64,000 nucleotides of DNA from an uncultured Verrucomicrobiae bacterium (lineage in GTDB: Bacteria; Verrucomicrobiota; Verrucomicrobiia; Chthoniobacterales; Chthoniobacteraceae). Of this stretch, positions 19,454-29,717 are shown piece by piece; position 1 is the first letter of the stretch, and each line of letters opens with the position of its first letter. The notes under the pieces are model-generated. The model had not been told where the DNA came from and did not search any database. It was given only the letters and a program-made list of their open reading frames with translations. A program made the translations under genes and the position numbers. The stretch lies in contig CAVYKI010000003.1 of assembly GCA_963769025.1 (NCBI GenBank), forward strand, positions 864,001 to 928,000, read 5' to 3'.

Positions 19454-20928
19454 AGACGCCCATGACCACCCTCCATCGCATCGCCGCTTCCGCGCTGATC
19501 TTCGGCGTGGCCCTGATCGCATTTTCCGCGGACGACAAGCCGCGCGGCCCCGGTGGAGGGAAGCGCCCGCAGGACGCACCGCTGGACGACGCGCGCTTCC
19601 TTTTCAAAACCGAAGTGCCCGCGCATCCGCTGGACGTGGTGCTTGGACGGCCGACGACAAACTCCGTGACCGCGAGCGTGCTCGCATATGCGGAACGGGA
19701 GGGAATCATCCAGTATGGCCCGACGGCAGGGAAACCGGTGGCGAAGACCGCGGAGTTCGCGCTGAAGGCCGGCGAGCCTTTGGAAGTCGCGATCACCGGC
19801 TTGCAACCCGACACGCAGTACTTTTACCGGCTGAGCACGCGCGAGAAAAGCGGCGCGTGGACGGGCGAGCCGGAGCACTCGTTCCGCACGGCGCGGCCTC
19901 CGGGCGGCGCGTTCACGTTCACGATGCAGGCAGACCCGCATCTCGATTACAACACCGAGCCACAGCTCTATCTGCGCTGCCTCGCGAACGCGCTCGCGGA
20001 CAAACCGGACTTCATGATCGATCTTGGCGACACGTTCATGACGGACAAGCACCGCACGCGCGGCGGTGCCGCGGCGCAGTATCTCGCGCAGCGCCATTAC
20101 TTCGGCAGCATCGCGCACAGCGCGCCGCTTTTCCTCGTGCTCGGAAACCACGACGGCGAATCGGGCCGCTGGCTTGATGGCACGGCGGACAACCTCGCCG
20201 TGTGGTCGAACGCGCAGCGCAAGCGCTACTTTCCCAATCCGCTGCCCGACACCTTCTACACCGGCAACGTGACGAAAGACGCGCACGCCGGTTTGCTGCA
20301 GGACTATTACGCATGGGAGTGGGGCGATGCACTGTTCGCAGTGCTCGATCCGTTTTGGTTTTCCAAACGCGAGCGCGGCGGCGGCGACAACTGGTCGAGC
20401 ACGCTCGGCCGCGAGCAATACGACTGGCTCGCCGCGACGCTCACGCAGAGCCGCGCGAAGTTCCGCTTCGTGTTCCTGCATCACCTTGTCGGCGGCTTTG
20501 GCAAGGATGCGCGCGGCGGCGCCGAGGCCGCGTCGCTTTTCGAATGGGGCGGGCACGACCCGGACGGAGCTGATGTTTTCAAGACGAAGCGCCCCGGCTG
20601 GCCGATGCCGATCCACGAACTGCTCGTGAAGAACCGGGTGAACGCCGTCTTCCACGGACACGATCACCTGTTCGTGAAGCAGGAACTCGACGGCATCGTG
20701 TATCAGGAGGTCCCGCAGCCCGGCCACCCGCGCTACGACAACACGCGCAGCGCCGTGGAATACGGCTACAAGAGCGGAACGCTGCTCGGCAGCTCCGGCC
20801 ATCTGCGTGTTCGCGTGTCGGGAGAAAAGGCGACCGTGGAGTACGTGCGCGCATTTCTCCCGGCCGACGAGAATGGCGGACGCAGGAATGGGGCGGTTGC
20901 GTTTGCTTACGAAGTCCGGCCGCGGTGA
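19450..20928 (+). CDS. Secreted metallophosphoesterase with FN3/PAP-like N-domain
   Basis: ADPH, DLGD, GNHD, GHDH motifs. Confidence 0.9.
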   Translation: MKTPMTTLHRIAASALIFGVALIAFSADDKPRGPGGGKRPQDAPLDDARFLFKTEVPAHPLDVVLGRPTTNSVTASVLAYAEREGIIQYGPTAGKPVAKTAEFALKAGEPLEVAITGLQPDTQYFYRLSTREKSGAWTGEPEHSFRTARPPGGAFTFTMQADPHLDYNTEPQLYLRCLANALADKPDFMIDLGDTFMTDKHRTRGGAAAQYLAQRHYFGSIAHSAPLFLVLGNHDGESGRWLDGTADNLAVWSNAQRKRYFPNPLPDTFYTGNVTKDAHAGLLQDYYAWEWGDALFAVLDPFWFSKRERGGGDNWSSTLGREQYDWLAATLTQSRAKFRFVFLHHLVGGFGKDARGGAEAASLFEWGGHDPDGADVFKTKRPGWPMPIHELLVKNRVNAVFHGHDHLFVKQELDGIVYQEVPQPGHPRYDNTRSAVEYGYKSGTLLGSSGHLRVRVSGEKATVEYVRAFLPADENGGRRNGAVAFAYEVRPR

Positions 20929-20964
20929 TCGTTCGGAGTCCTCTGGCAGCCCGCTTCCGTTCGT

Positions 20965-21726
20965 TTATCCAAGGAACGCCTGCCACGCGAGCCGCAGCGC
21001 GAGCGCGAGTGCCACGGTGATGAACAGCGGCTTGATGACCCGCGCGCCGTGCGTGATGACCAGTCCGCTGCCGAGCCGCGCGCCTACGAGTTGCCCGACG
21101 ATCATCGCTGCGCCGACGTCGAAGCGCAGGCACCTGGAAAATGCGAATGCAGCGAGCGCGGCGAGGTTGCTCATGAGGTTCAGCGCCTTCGTCGTGCCGG
21201 TCGCGGTGCGGAGATTTTGCCCGAGTGTGAGCACGCACGCGAGCATCCAGAACGAGCCCACGCCCGGACCGAAGAAACCGTCGTAGAATCCGAGCAGCGT
21301 CCCGAACAGCAGTGCGAACGCGACCCTTCCGAGCCGTGCCGGACGCGGAGTGTCGCCGAGTCCCGGATTGAGCGCTGTGTAAATCGCAACGGCCACCAGC
21401 AGAGCCGGCACCACGCGGCGAAGGATCGCCGGGTCCATCACGGCTGCGGAACACGCACCGGCAGCGGATGCGGCAAAAGTGATCCCCGCAGCGAGCCGAA
21501 GCCCGCGCCATTGGATGAGTCCTGCCCGCATGTAGCGCGCGACCGCCAGCAGCGTCCCACACGTGGACTGAAGCTTGTTCGTCCCGAGCGCGATTTGCGG
21601 AGGGAGTCCCGCCCACACGAGCGCCGGCACGGAGATCAATCCACCACCTCCCGCGATGGCATCGATGAACCCTGCCGCCGCACCGGCGACGGAGAGCAGG
21701 AGGTAATGCCACCATTCGAGAGTCAC
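20965..21726 (-). CDS. TSUP (TauE/SafE) family transporter
   Basis: AGFIDAIAGGGGLI, GTNK, GFYDGFFGPG. Confidence 0.93.
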   Translation of the reverse strand: MTLEWWHYLLLSVAGAAAGFIDAIAGGGGLISVPALVWAGLPPQIALGTNKLQSTCGTLLAVARYMRAGLIQWRGLRLAAGITFAASAAGACSAAVMDPAILRRVVPALLVAVAIYTALNPGLGDTPRPARLGRVAFALLFGTLLGFYDGFFGPGVGSFWMLACVLTLGQNLRTATGTTKALNLMSNLAALAAFAFSRCLRFDVGAAMIVGQLVGARLGSGLVITHGARVIKPLFITVALALALRLAWQAFLG

Positions 21727-21788
21727 GCACGCAGTCTTACGGCGGGCGGCGCGTGACTGGCACGCACCGATGTGCTAACGGATCTCCC

Positions 21789-23222
21789 GTGCAACTCCTC
21801 CAACAGCGCTGCCTCGAAGTCACCCGCCGCCATTTCCTGCGGGACTGCGGCGTGGGTCTCGGAAAGATCGCGCTCGCCGGCCTGCTCACGGATTCACTCG
21901 CGCGGGGAGCGTCGGTCCCGGCGGATTCGCTCGCGCCGCGCCAGCCGCATTTCAAGGGGAAGGCAAAGCGCGTCATCCATCTCTTCATGGCGGGCGCGCC
22001 GTCGCAGCTGGAGCTGTTCGACTACAAGCCCGAACTCGCGAAGCTCGAGGGCAAGCCGCTTCCGCCATCGGTGATCGGCGGCCAGCGCTACGCATTCATC
22101 CGGCCGGATGCGGCGGTGCTCGGCCCGTGCTACAAATTTGCGCGTCACGGAAAATCCGGCGCCGAGCTGGGCGAGACACTCCCTCATCTCGCGAAGGTGG
22201 CGGACGAAATCTGCCTCGTGAAATCGGTGAGCACCGACCAGTTCAACCACGCGCCCGCGCAGCTTTTCTTCAACAGCGGCTTTTCCCAGCCGGGGCGTCC
22301 ATGCCTCGGCTCGTGGGTGCTCTACGGTCTTGGCGCGGAGACGCAGGAGCTGCCGGCATTCGTCGTGATGAGCACCGGCAGCGGGCTGAGCGGCGGCTCG
22401 GCGCTGTGGTCGAGCGGATTCCTGCCGACCGTCTATACCGGCACGCGCTTCCGCAATCAGGGCGATCCGATTTTGAACCTCGGCAATCCCGACGGCGTGG
22501 ACGCGAGGCTCCAGCGCGACACGATCGATCTCATCCGCGCGCTGAACGAACGGCAGCTCGCGCAGGTCGGCGATCCGGAAATCGCGACACGCATCGCGAA
22601 TTACGAGATGGCATTCCGTCTCCAGACGAGCGCGCCGGAACTGATGGATCTGCGCAATGAGAGCAAGGAGACGCTCGAACTTTACGGCTGCGATCCCACC
22701 AAGGCGTCGTTCGCCCGAGCGTGCCTGCTCGCGCGGCGTATGATCGAGCGCGGCGTGCGTTTTGTGAACATCTACCATGAGGGATGGGATGCGCACAGCG
22801 ACGTGGCCGGCAACGTGAAGAACAACTGCGCGAAGACCGACCAGGCCAGCGCCGCGCTCGTGATGGACCTCAAGCGCCGCGGGCTGCTCGATGACACGCT
22901 GGTGATCTGGGGCGGCGAATTCGGCCGCACCCCGATGGTCGAGACGAATCCCTCGCTCGGCCGTGCGCTCGGCCGCGACCATCACCCGCAGGCGTTCACG
23001 ATGTGGATGGCCGGCGGCGGCATCCGCCCCGGCATGAGCTACGGCGCGACGGACGACCTCGGCTTTCACGTCGTGGAAAATCCCGTCCACGTCCACGACG
23101 TGCAGGCGACGATCCTGCACACGCTCGGCTTCGACCACGAGCGGCTCACGTATCACCACGCCGGCCGCGACTTCCGCCTCACGGACGTGCATGGGAAGGT
23201 GGTGAAGGCGATCCTCGCCTGA
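21789..23222 (+). CDS. DUF1501 domain protein
   Basis: TRRHFL, GAPSQLELFDYKP, WDAH, WGGEFGRTP, GRDHHP; start uncertain (21753 or 21789). Confidence 0.92.
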   Translation: MQLLQQRCLEVTRRHFLRDCGVGLGKIALAGLLTDSLARGASVPADSLAPRQPHFKGKAKRVIHLFMAGAPSQLELFDYKPELAKLEGKPLPPSVIGGQRYAFIRPDAAVLGPCYKFARHGKSGAELGETLPHLAKVADEICLVKSVSTDQFNHAPAQLFFNSGFSQPGRPCLGSWVLYGLGAETQELPAFVVMSTGSGLSGGSALWSSGFLPTVYTGTRFRNQGDPILNLGNPDGVDARLQRDTIDLIRALNERQLAQVGDPEIATRIANYEMAFRLQTSAPELMDLRNESKETLELYGCDPTKASFARACLLARRMIERGVRFVNIYHEGWDAHSDVAGNVKNNCAKTDQASAALVMDLKRRGLLDDTLVIWGGEFGRTPMVETNPSLGRALGRDHHPQAFTMWMAGGGIRPGMSYGATDDLGFHVVENPVHVHDVQATILHTLGFDHERLTYHHAGRDFRLTDVHGKVVKAILA

Positions 23223-23274
23223 GCGGATCACGCGCGGTCTTGCCTGCGCACCTGCGCTTGCCATAAGCGAGGGC

Positions 23275-24216
23275 ATGACAAAACGCATCGCACTCCTTTT
23301 CGCCGGGCAGGGCGCCCAAGCCGTGGGCATGGGCCGGGATCTCGCCGCGCAGTATCCCGCAGCGGGCGAGCTTTTCCGCGAGGCGGATGCGATCCTCGGC
23401 CGTTCGCTCAGCGGCATCGCCTTTTCCGGGCCGGACTCGGAACTCGTAAAAACGGCAAATTGCCAGCCCGCGCTGTTTGTCCACGGCCTCGCCTGCCTCG
23501 CCGCGTTGCGCTCTGAAATCAGCGAGCTGCCGGTGCACATCGCGGCGGGACTTTCCCTTGGCGAATTCACCGCGCACGCCGCGGCGGGGACGTTCGCATT
23601 TGCCGACGGTCTCCAGCTCGTCGCCGAGCGCGGACGGCTGATGCAGGAAGCCTGCGAACGCACGACCGGTGCGATGGCGGCGCTCATCGGCGGCGACGAA
23701 TCCATCGTGCGCCAGATCGCCGCGGAGTTCGGCGTGGACGTGGCAAATTTCAACAGCCCCGGCCAGATCGTGCTCTCGGGCGAGGATGCGAAGATTGATG
23801 CGTTGCTGGAAGTCGTGCGCGACCGCGGGATCCGCAAGGCCGCAAAGCTGAACGTCGCCGGCGCGTATCACTCGCGCCTCATGCAGAGCGCCGCCGACGC
23901 ACTCGCGCCGAAGCTCGTCTCGACGCCGATGCAACCGCCAAGATTTCCCGTCGTCGCGAATGTCTCCGCGCGCCCCGTCAGCGATCCCGCCGAGCTCCGC
24001 GCCGCGCTTTCCGCGCAGGTCACCGGCTCCGTGCGATGGACCGAGACGATCGAGTTCCTCGTGGATGTCGAGAAGGTGGAGCTTTTCCTCGAGCTCGGTC
24101 CCGGCGGCGTGCTCGCAGGACTCGTGAAGCGCACCCGCAAGGACACGCCCGTGCTCAGCATCACCGATTCCGCCTCCCTCGCCGCCGCGGTCGCCGCGTT
24201 GCGCGGGCCGGCCTAA
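23275..24216 (+). CDS. fabD: Malonyl-CoA-ACP transacylase
   Basis: FAGQGAQ, GLSLGE, ANFNSPGQ, AGAYHS. Confidence 0.96.
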   Translation: MTKRIALLFAGQGAQAVGMGRDLAAQYPAAGELFREADAILGRSLSGIAFSGPDSELVKTANCQPALFVHGLACLAALRSEISELPVHIAAGLSLGEFTAHAAAGTFAFADGLQLVAERGRLMQEACERTTGAMAALIGGDESIVRQIAAEFGVDVANFNSPGQIVLSGEDAKIDALLEVVRDRGIRKAAKLNVAGAYHSRLMQSAADALAPKLVSTPMQPPRFPVVANVSARPVSDPAELRAALSAQVTGSVRWTETIEFLVDVEKVELFLELGPGGVLAGLVKRTRKDTPVLSITDSASLAAAVAALRGPA

Positions 24217-25208
24217 CGCGCCGCCGCCTTCCCCGCCTCAACGACGTGGACGGTGATGCCGAAGAGCTTCCACTTCGACGCCTCGCGCACGTATTCGAGC
24301 TTGAAATCAAGCTTCCGCGGACTGCCCGGGATGCTGGCCTGAAACACGGTCGCATCGAACGTGCCGTTCATGCTCAGGACGCCGTCGGAATTCACACGCG
24401 CCGGCTCGGAGAGAATCATCTTCGTCCCCTTGATGGGCGAGAGATCGACCTTCGCATCGACGGCCGCTGCGAAAGCGTTGCGAAACGCCGCGGCCGTGAC
24501 GCGGTTTTCGTCGTTGAACGGATCCTTGATCGCCACACGCGATGCCGTGGACCCGCCGTACGTCACGTCGAGCGGATCCCGTCCGCGAAATTTCCATCGG
24601 TCCGACGCCGACGCGTACAGCGCGGTGAAGTCGCCGCCGTTCTGGATGGCTTCGTTGAAGAGGAGCAGCGTCTCTTCCGCGAGTTGCCGGAGCTGCGGCT
24701 CGGCGGGGACATCGAGGGCGCTCGGCTCCAGGATCTCCACCGACCTGGCTCCGAGCGTGTCGCGCGAACGCGCCGCGACGGCGAAGACATCCTCCCCGGC
24801 ACCGCCTCCCGCTCCGGTGTCCGAGCGCGCCTCCATCAGCCGCCACCTGCCATCCTCCATCGTGAAAACGAAATTGAGCGGGAGCTTGCCGCCGTCCTTG
24901 AGGGTGAAAATCCCGCGCACCGTGGCGAGTCTGCCGTGGCGCTCGGGCTCGCCCCATTCCGCACCGCTCGATTCGGACAGGCCCAGATCGCGCACGCGCG
25001 CCTCGAAGTAGTTCGCCGAGCGCGTGAACCGGAAGGCCGGCGAAGCCTCCTGATAAGCCTCGGCAAATCGCTGCTCGGAAAACATCCGCCCCATCTCCTC
25101 GGCGGCATCACGGGCCGTCCTGCTCCGGTCCTCGCAGCCGCAGAGCGCTGCGGCGAAAATCAGCGCCAGCGTGCTGAGGAATCGGTTCGGGAAAATCTGG
25201 TGCTGCAT
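24213..25208 (-). CDS. Hypothetical lipoprotein
   Basis: Lipobox-like ALCGC; two similar alpha/beta halves each ending in W-[RK]-L. Confidence 0.7.
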   Translation of the reverse strand: MQHQIFPNRFLSTLALIFAAALCGCEDRSRTARDAAEEMGRMFSEQRFAEAYQEASPAFRFTRSANYFEARVRDLGLSESSGAEWGEPERHGRLATVRGIFTLKDGGKLPLNFVFTMEDGRWRLMEARSDTGAGGGAGEDVFAVAARSRDTLGARSVEILEPSALDVPAEPQLRQLAEETLLLFNEAIQNGGDFTALYASASDRWKFRGRDPLDVTYGGSTASRVAIKDPFNDENRVTAAAFRNAFAAAVDAKVDLSPIKGTKMILSEPARVNSDGVLSMNGTFDATVFQASIPGSPRKLDFKLEYVREASKWKLFGITVHVVEAGKAAAR

Positions 25209-25230
25209 CGGGGGCAAACTCACGCGGTCT

Positions 25231-26169
25231 CTACCGGCTCCATTCCAGCATCCGCCGCAGCGGCAACTCGGCCCGCGCACGGACCGGCTCGGGGAGGACG
25301 ATTTGCGGCTGCAGGTTCAGCAGGCATGCGTGGAGTTTTTCGAGGGTGTTCATCTTCATGTAGCGGCAGTCTGCGCACGCGCAGTGGTCGGTCGGTCCGG
25401 CGATGAAGTGCTTGCCCGGAATCTCCCGCCGCAGCCGGTGCAACATCCCGCTCTCGGTGACGATGACAAACGCCTGCGAGGGATGCTGCTTGCAGAAGGA
25501 AATCATCTTTTCCGTCGAGCAAACCTCGTCCGCCAGCAGCCTCACCGCGCGTGTGCATTCCGGGTGCGCGACGACCGGCGCGTCGGGCCACTCGGACTTG
25601 ATGCGGTCGATGGATTTCCGCGTGAACTCGACGTGGACGTAGCAGTTCCCCTTCCACAGATCCATGTGCCGTCCGGTGTGCTCCATCACCCACTGGCCGA
25701 GGTTTTCGTCCGGGACGAAGAGGATGTTCCGATCCTTCGGCACGCGTTCGACGATCTTCGCGGCGTTGCCGCTCGTGCAGATCACGTCGCTGAGCGCCTT
25801 CACCCCCGCGGAGCAATTGATGTAGGCCACGACGTAGTAATTCTTGTCCGCGTGCGCCTTCAGGTGCGCCTCGAGCTTGTCCGCCGGACACGAGTCGCTC
25901 AGCGAGCAGCCGGCATCCACATCCGGAAGCACCACGGTCTTCGTCGGATTCACAATCTTCGCCGTCTCCGCCATGAAATGGACGCCGCAGAATGCGATCA
26001 CCTCGGCTTTCGTCTCCGCCGCCTTGTACGCCAGCCCAAGCGAATCGCCGACAAAATCCGCCAGCTCCTGGATTTCCTTCACCTGGTAGTTGTGCGCCAA
26101 AATGACGGCGTTGCGCTCGCGTTTGAGCGCTTGGATTTCACTGACGAGATCGAGACCGGCGACTGGCAT
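25231..26169 (-). CDS. nadA: Quinolinate synthase
   Basis: LAHNYQ, CGVHFMAETAK, HPEC, C..MK. Confidence 0.96.
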   Translation of the reverse strand: MPVAGLDLVSEIQALKRERNAVILAHNYQVKEIQELADFVGDSLGLAYKAAETKAEVIAFCGVHFMAETAKIVNPTKTVVLPDVDAGCSLSDSCPADKLEAHLKAHADKNYYVVAYINCSAGVKALSDVICTSGNAAKIVERVPKDRNILFVPDENLGQWVMEHTGRHMDLWKGNCYVHVEFTRKSIDRIKSEWPDAPVVAHPECTRAVRLLADEVCSTEKMISFCKQHPSQAFVIVTESGMLHRLRREIPGKHFIAGPTDHCACADCRYMKMNTLEKLHACLLNLQPQIVLPEPVRARAELPLRRMLEWSR

Positions 26170-26251
26170 GCCAGAATCTACGTCCGGGATCCCCGCGGCT
26201 CAAGGCCCGGTTGTCGCCGGCGCTTCCGTGCGCGCTTCAGCAGGACTCGGC

Positions 26252-27124
26252 TCACGCCCCGATGGGGTGCCAGGTCGTCTTGAATTCGATGAGCTCGCGA
26301 ATCTCGTAAAGGCCCTGCGCGTCGTCGGCGAACCAATCGACGGACTCCTCGGCTTTGTGAAGGCGCACACGCTTCACGCTTTCTGCCGCACCGAGCTTGA
26401 GCCGCTCGCGATCCGCTGCGTTCGCCAGACCGCTGATCGCGCGGATGTGTTCGTGCGTGGCGAAGGTGGGAATCAGTTCGCTGCGCAGTCCGGTGAGCAG
26501 GTTCACGACACCGCCCGGCAGATCGCTGGTCGCGAGCATCTCGCCGAGCAGAATCGCCGGATACGGCTGCGCCTGCGAAGCGAGCGCGACGACCATATTC
26601 CCACTCGTGATCGCGGGCGCGAAGAGCGAGACGAGCGCGAGCAACGGCGCTTCGTCCGGCGCGATGACGCCGACGATGCCCATCGGCTCGGTGACGGTGA
26701 AATTGAAATGCGGCGAAGCGACCGGGTTCACGTTGCCGAGCAGCTGCTCATACTTGTCCGCCCAGCCCGCGTAGTGGATGAGCCGGTCGATGCTCGCCGT
26801 CGACTTCCCTCGCGGCGTCGGCTTCGCTCGCGCCGCCGAGCGCGATCGCCTCGCGCCATTTCCGCGCTGCGCGCCTCGATCATCTCGCCGAGCCGGTAAA
26901 GGATCTGCCCGCGGTTGTAGGCCGTGCGTTTCGCCCAGCCCGGCCCGGCCTTCGCCGCGGCCTCGACGGCATTGCGCAGATCCTTGCGCGTGCATTGCGG
27001 GATGTTCGCGAAGAAATTCCCGTGTGCGTCGTGCAGCGCGAAAGACGCGCCCACTTTCCGAGCGGATGAACGCGCCGCCGACATAAACCTTCGGGGTCTT
27101 GGTGATGGGGAGTCGTGCGGCCAT
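26252..27124 (-). CDS. Short aldehyde dehydrogenase-family protein (compensating frameshifts)
   Basis: KVYVGGAFIRSESGR, YAGWADK, EPMGIVG, KTTWHPIGA; middle part RKDLRNAVEAA..RGQILYR lies in another frame. Confidence 0.85.
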   Translation of the reverse strand: MAARLPITKTPKVYVGGAFIRSESGRVFRAARRTREFLREHPAMHAQGSAQCRRGRGEGRAGLGETHGLQPRADPLPARRDDRGAQRGNGARRSRSAARAKPTPRGKSTASIDRLIHYAGWADKYEQLLGNVNPVASPHFNFTVTEPMGIVGVIAPDEAPLLALVSLFAPAITSGNMVVALASQAQPYPAILLGEMLATSDLPGGVVNLLTGLRSELIPTFATHEHIRAISGLANAADRERLKLGAAESVKRVRLHKAEESVDWFADDAQGLYEIRELIEFKTTWHPIGA

Positions 27125-27130
27125 GGTGGG

Positions 27131-28640
27131 TCAGACGAGTTTGCAGTAATCGAGCAGCCCCTGCCGGCCGCCTTCGCGCCCGAAGCCGCTTTCCTTGTAG
27201 CCGCCGAACGGCGACGTCGGATCGAATTTGTTGAAGGTGTTCGCCCACACGACGCCGGCCTTCAGCTCGGTGCTCATCTTCAGAATGCGCGAGCCCTTGT
27301 CCGTCCACACGCCGGCGCTCAGGCCGTAGGCCGTGTTGTTCGCCTTCTCGATCGCCTCCTCGACGGTGCGGAAGGTGAGGATGCTGAGCACCGGGCCGAA
27401 GATTTCCTCGCGCGCGATGCGATGGCTCTGCGTGACGTTCGAGAACACGTCGGCCGGAAATAGAATCCCTTCGTCGGCAGCCGGCACGGCGGGCTGGAAA
27501 ATTTCCGCGCCTTCCTTCACGCCGCTCTCCACGAGCTCGCGTGATCCGGTCGAGCTGCTCCTTCGAGTTGATCGCGCCGACGTCCGTGTTCTTGTCCAGC
27601 GGATCGCCGACGCGCAGCACCTGGATGCGGCTCTTCAGCTTCGCGAGCACCGTCTCGGCGACGCGTCTCCTGCACGAGCAGCCGCGAGCCCGCGCAGCAG
27701 ACATGGCCCTGGTTGAAGAAGATGCCGTTCACGATGCCCTCGACCGCCTGGTCGAGCGGCGCGTCGTCGAAGACGATGTTCGCGGCCTTGCCGCCGAGTT
27801 CCATCGTCATCTTTTTGTCCGTGCCCGCGAGCGAGCGCATGATGATCTTGCCCACCTCCGTCGAGCCGGTGAACGCGACCTTCGCGGCCAGCGGATGCGT
27901 CATCACCGCCGCGCCGGTCTCACCTGCGCCCGTCGACGAAATTCACCACGCCCGGCGGCAGTCCGGCATCCTGCAGAATCTCCGCCAAACTTCAGCGCCG
28001 TGATCGCTCGTGGTCTCGGCAGGCTTGAGCACGACGCGTGTTCCCCATCGCCAGCGCCGGCGCGATTTTCCACGCGAGCATGAGCAGCGGGAAATTCCAC
28101 GGGATCACCTGCCCGACCACGCCGAGCGGCGCGACGCGGCGACCCGGCGCGACGTAGTCGAGTTTGTCCGCCCAGCCGGCGTGATAGAAGAAATGCGCCG
28201 CCGCCATCGGCACGTCGAAGTCGCGCGATTCCTTGATCGGCTTGCCGCCGTCCATCGTCTCCGCCACGGCAAATTCCCGCGCGCGATCCTGCAGCAGCCG
28301 CGCGATGCGGAAGAGATATTTGCCCCGCTCGCGGCCCGGCATCTTGCCCCACGCGCTGTCGAACGCCTGCTGCGCCGCCTGAAACGCGGCATCCACATCC
28401 GCCGCGCCCGCGAGCGCGATGTCCGCGAGCTTCTGTCTCGTTCGCCGGGATTGATCGGAGTCGAAATACTTCCCGCTCTTCGGCGCGACGAACTTCCCGT
28501 CGATGAACAGGTCGTAGCGCGTCTTCAGCTTCGGATCCGCCGTCTCGGGCGCGGGATCGAATTCCCACAGATCGCCGAAGATGAGTTCGCGCGCAGACTG
28601 GCGGCGGGCGGCTGGTCGTTTGCGGGGCGGCTTTGGGCAT
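27131..28640 (-). CDS. Aldehyde dehydrogenase (multiple frameshifts)
   Basis: [46 protein letters not shown] spread over several frames. Confidence 0.9.
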
Positions 28641-28645
28641 GGCGT

Positions 28646-29588
28646 TCAGTAGCTTTCCGCGGCTTCGCTGAAGACATACGGCGCCTGATACGCACCGGTG
28701 CTTTCCTTCTCGATCTGCCGCAGCAGATCGTTGAGCAGCGAGACTCGCGCCGAAGCGGTAGCGCGTGTTGTTCAGCCACGCGTCGCCGAGCGTCTCCTTC
28801 ACCGCGACGAGAAAGTGCAGCGCCTGCTTCGCCGTGCGGATGCCGCCGGCGGGCTTCATCCCGATCGCGATGCCGGTCTCGAGATAGAAATCGCGGATCG
28901 CCTCGATCATCACCTGGTTGTTGCCGAGCGTGGCATTGAGCGAGGTCTTGCCGGTGCTCGTCTTGATGAAATCGCCCTGGCCGCAGCACGCGCATCGCGA
29001 GGAACGACGCGGCGCGGATGTTGTCGTAGGTCTCCAGTTCGCTCATCTCGAGGATCACCTTCAGCGTCGCCGTCACCGCACGCTTCGACCACCGCGGCGA
29101 TCTCGTCCTGCACCAGCGCGAATTCGCCCGCGAGAAACGCCCCGCGGTTGATCACCATGTCGATCTCATCCGCGCCATCGGCCACCGCCGCGCGCACCTC
29201 GGCGAGCCGCGTCTTCAGCGGCGCCTGCCCGGACGGAAATGCCGTCGCCACCGACGCGATCTTCACCGTCGTCCCCGCGACGCGCTTCGCGCGCATGCCG
29301 CACCATCGCCGGATAGACGCAGACCGCCGCCGCGCTGCGGGACGTCGCATCCGTCGTGCGGCGTGAGCGCCTTCTGGCAGAGCGACGCGACTTTGCCCGG
29401 CGTGTCCTTGCCCTCGAGCGTCGTGAGATCGACCATCGAGACCGCGAGCTTCAGCCCCAAGAGCTTCGACGCTTTTCTTGATGCTGCGCGTCGTGTACTT
29501 CGCCACGCGCTCCTCGACGCCGACCTGCATCCACGGTGCCGACCTCTTCAACGAGGCGGCGGAGCGCAGCGGGGGAAATGGGAGGCAT
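28646..29588 (-). CDS. deoC: Deoxyribose-phosphate aldolase (multiple frameshifts)
   Basis: DLTTLEG, SVATAFPSGQ, GADEIDMVI, LKVILE, FIKTSTGK, KPAGGIRT in successive frames. Confidence 0.9.
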
Positions 29589-29648
29589 CCCGGCACGCTA
29601 TGCGGCCATCCGATCCCCACAATGCAAAATAAGCCACCGCAAGCCAAG

Positions 29649-29717
29649 GTAGGGAGGTCTCGCCGAGGCCGCCCACGCTGAGTCAAAGACGGGGCGCTTT
29701 CGCCGAAAGCGCCCTAC
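29649..29717. repeat. GTAG-type REP doublet (REPIN-like)
   Basis: GTAGGGAGGTCTCGCCGAGGCCGCCC ... GGGCGCTTTCGCCGAAAGCGCCCTAC; the second copy contains the xerD stop. Confidence 0.7.

Noticed and set aside
21758..21777. TGGCAC as a sigma54 promoter before the DUF1501 gene (similar cases near 41196 and 4705)
   Set aside because: The -12 GC is missing or wrongly spaced
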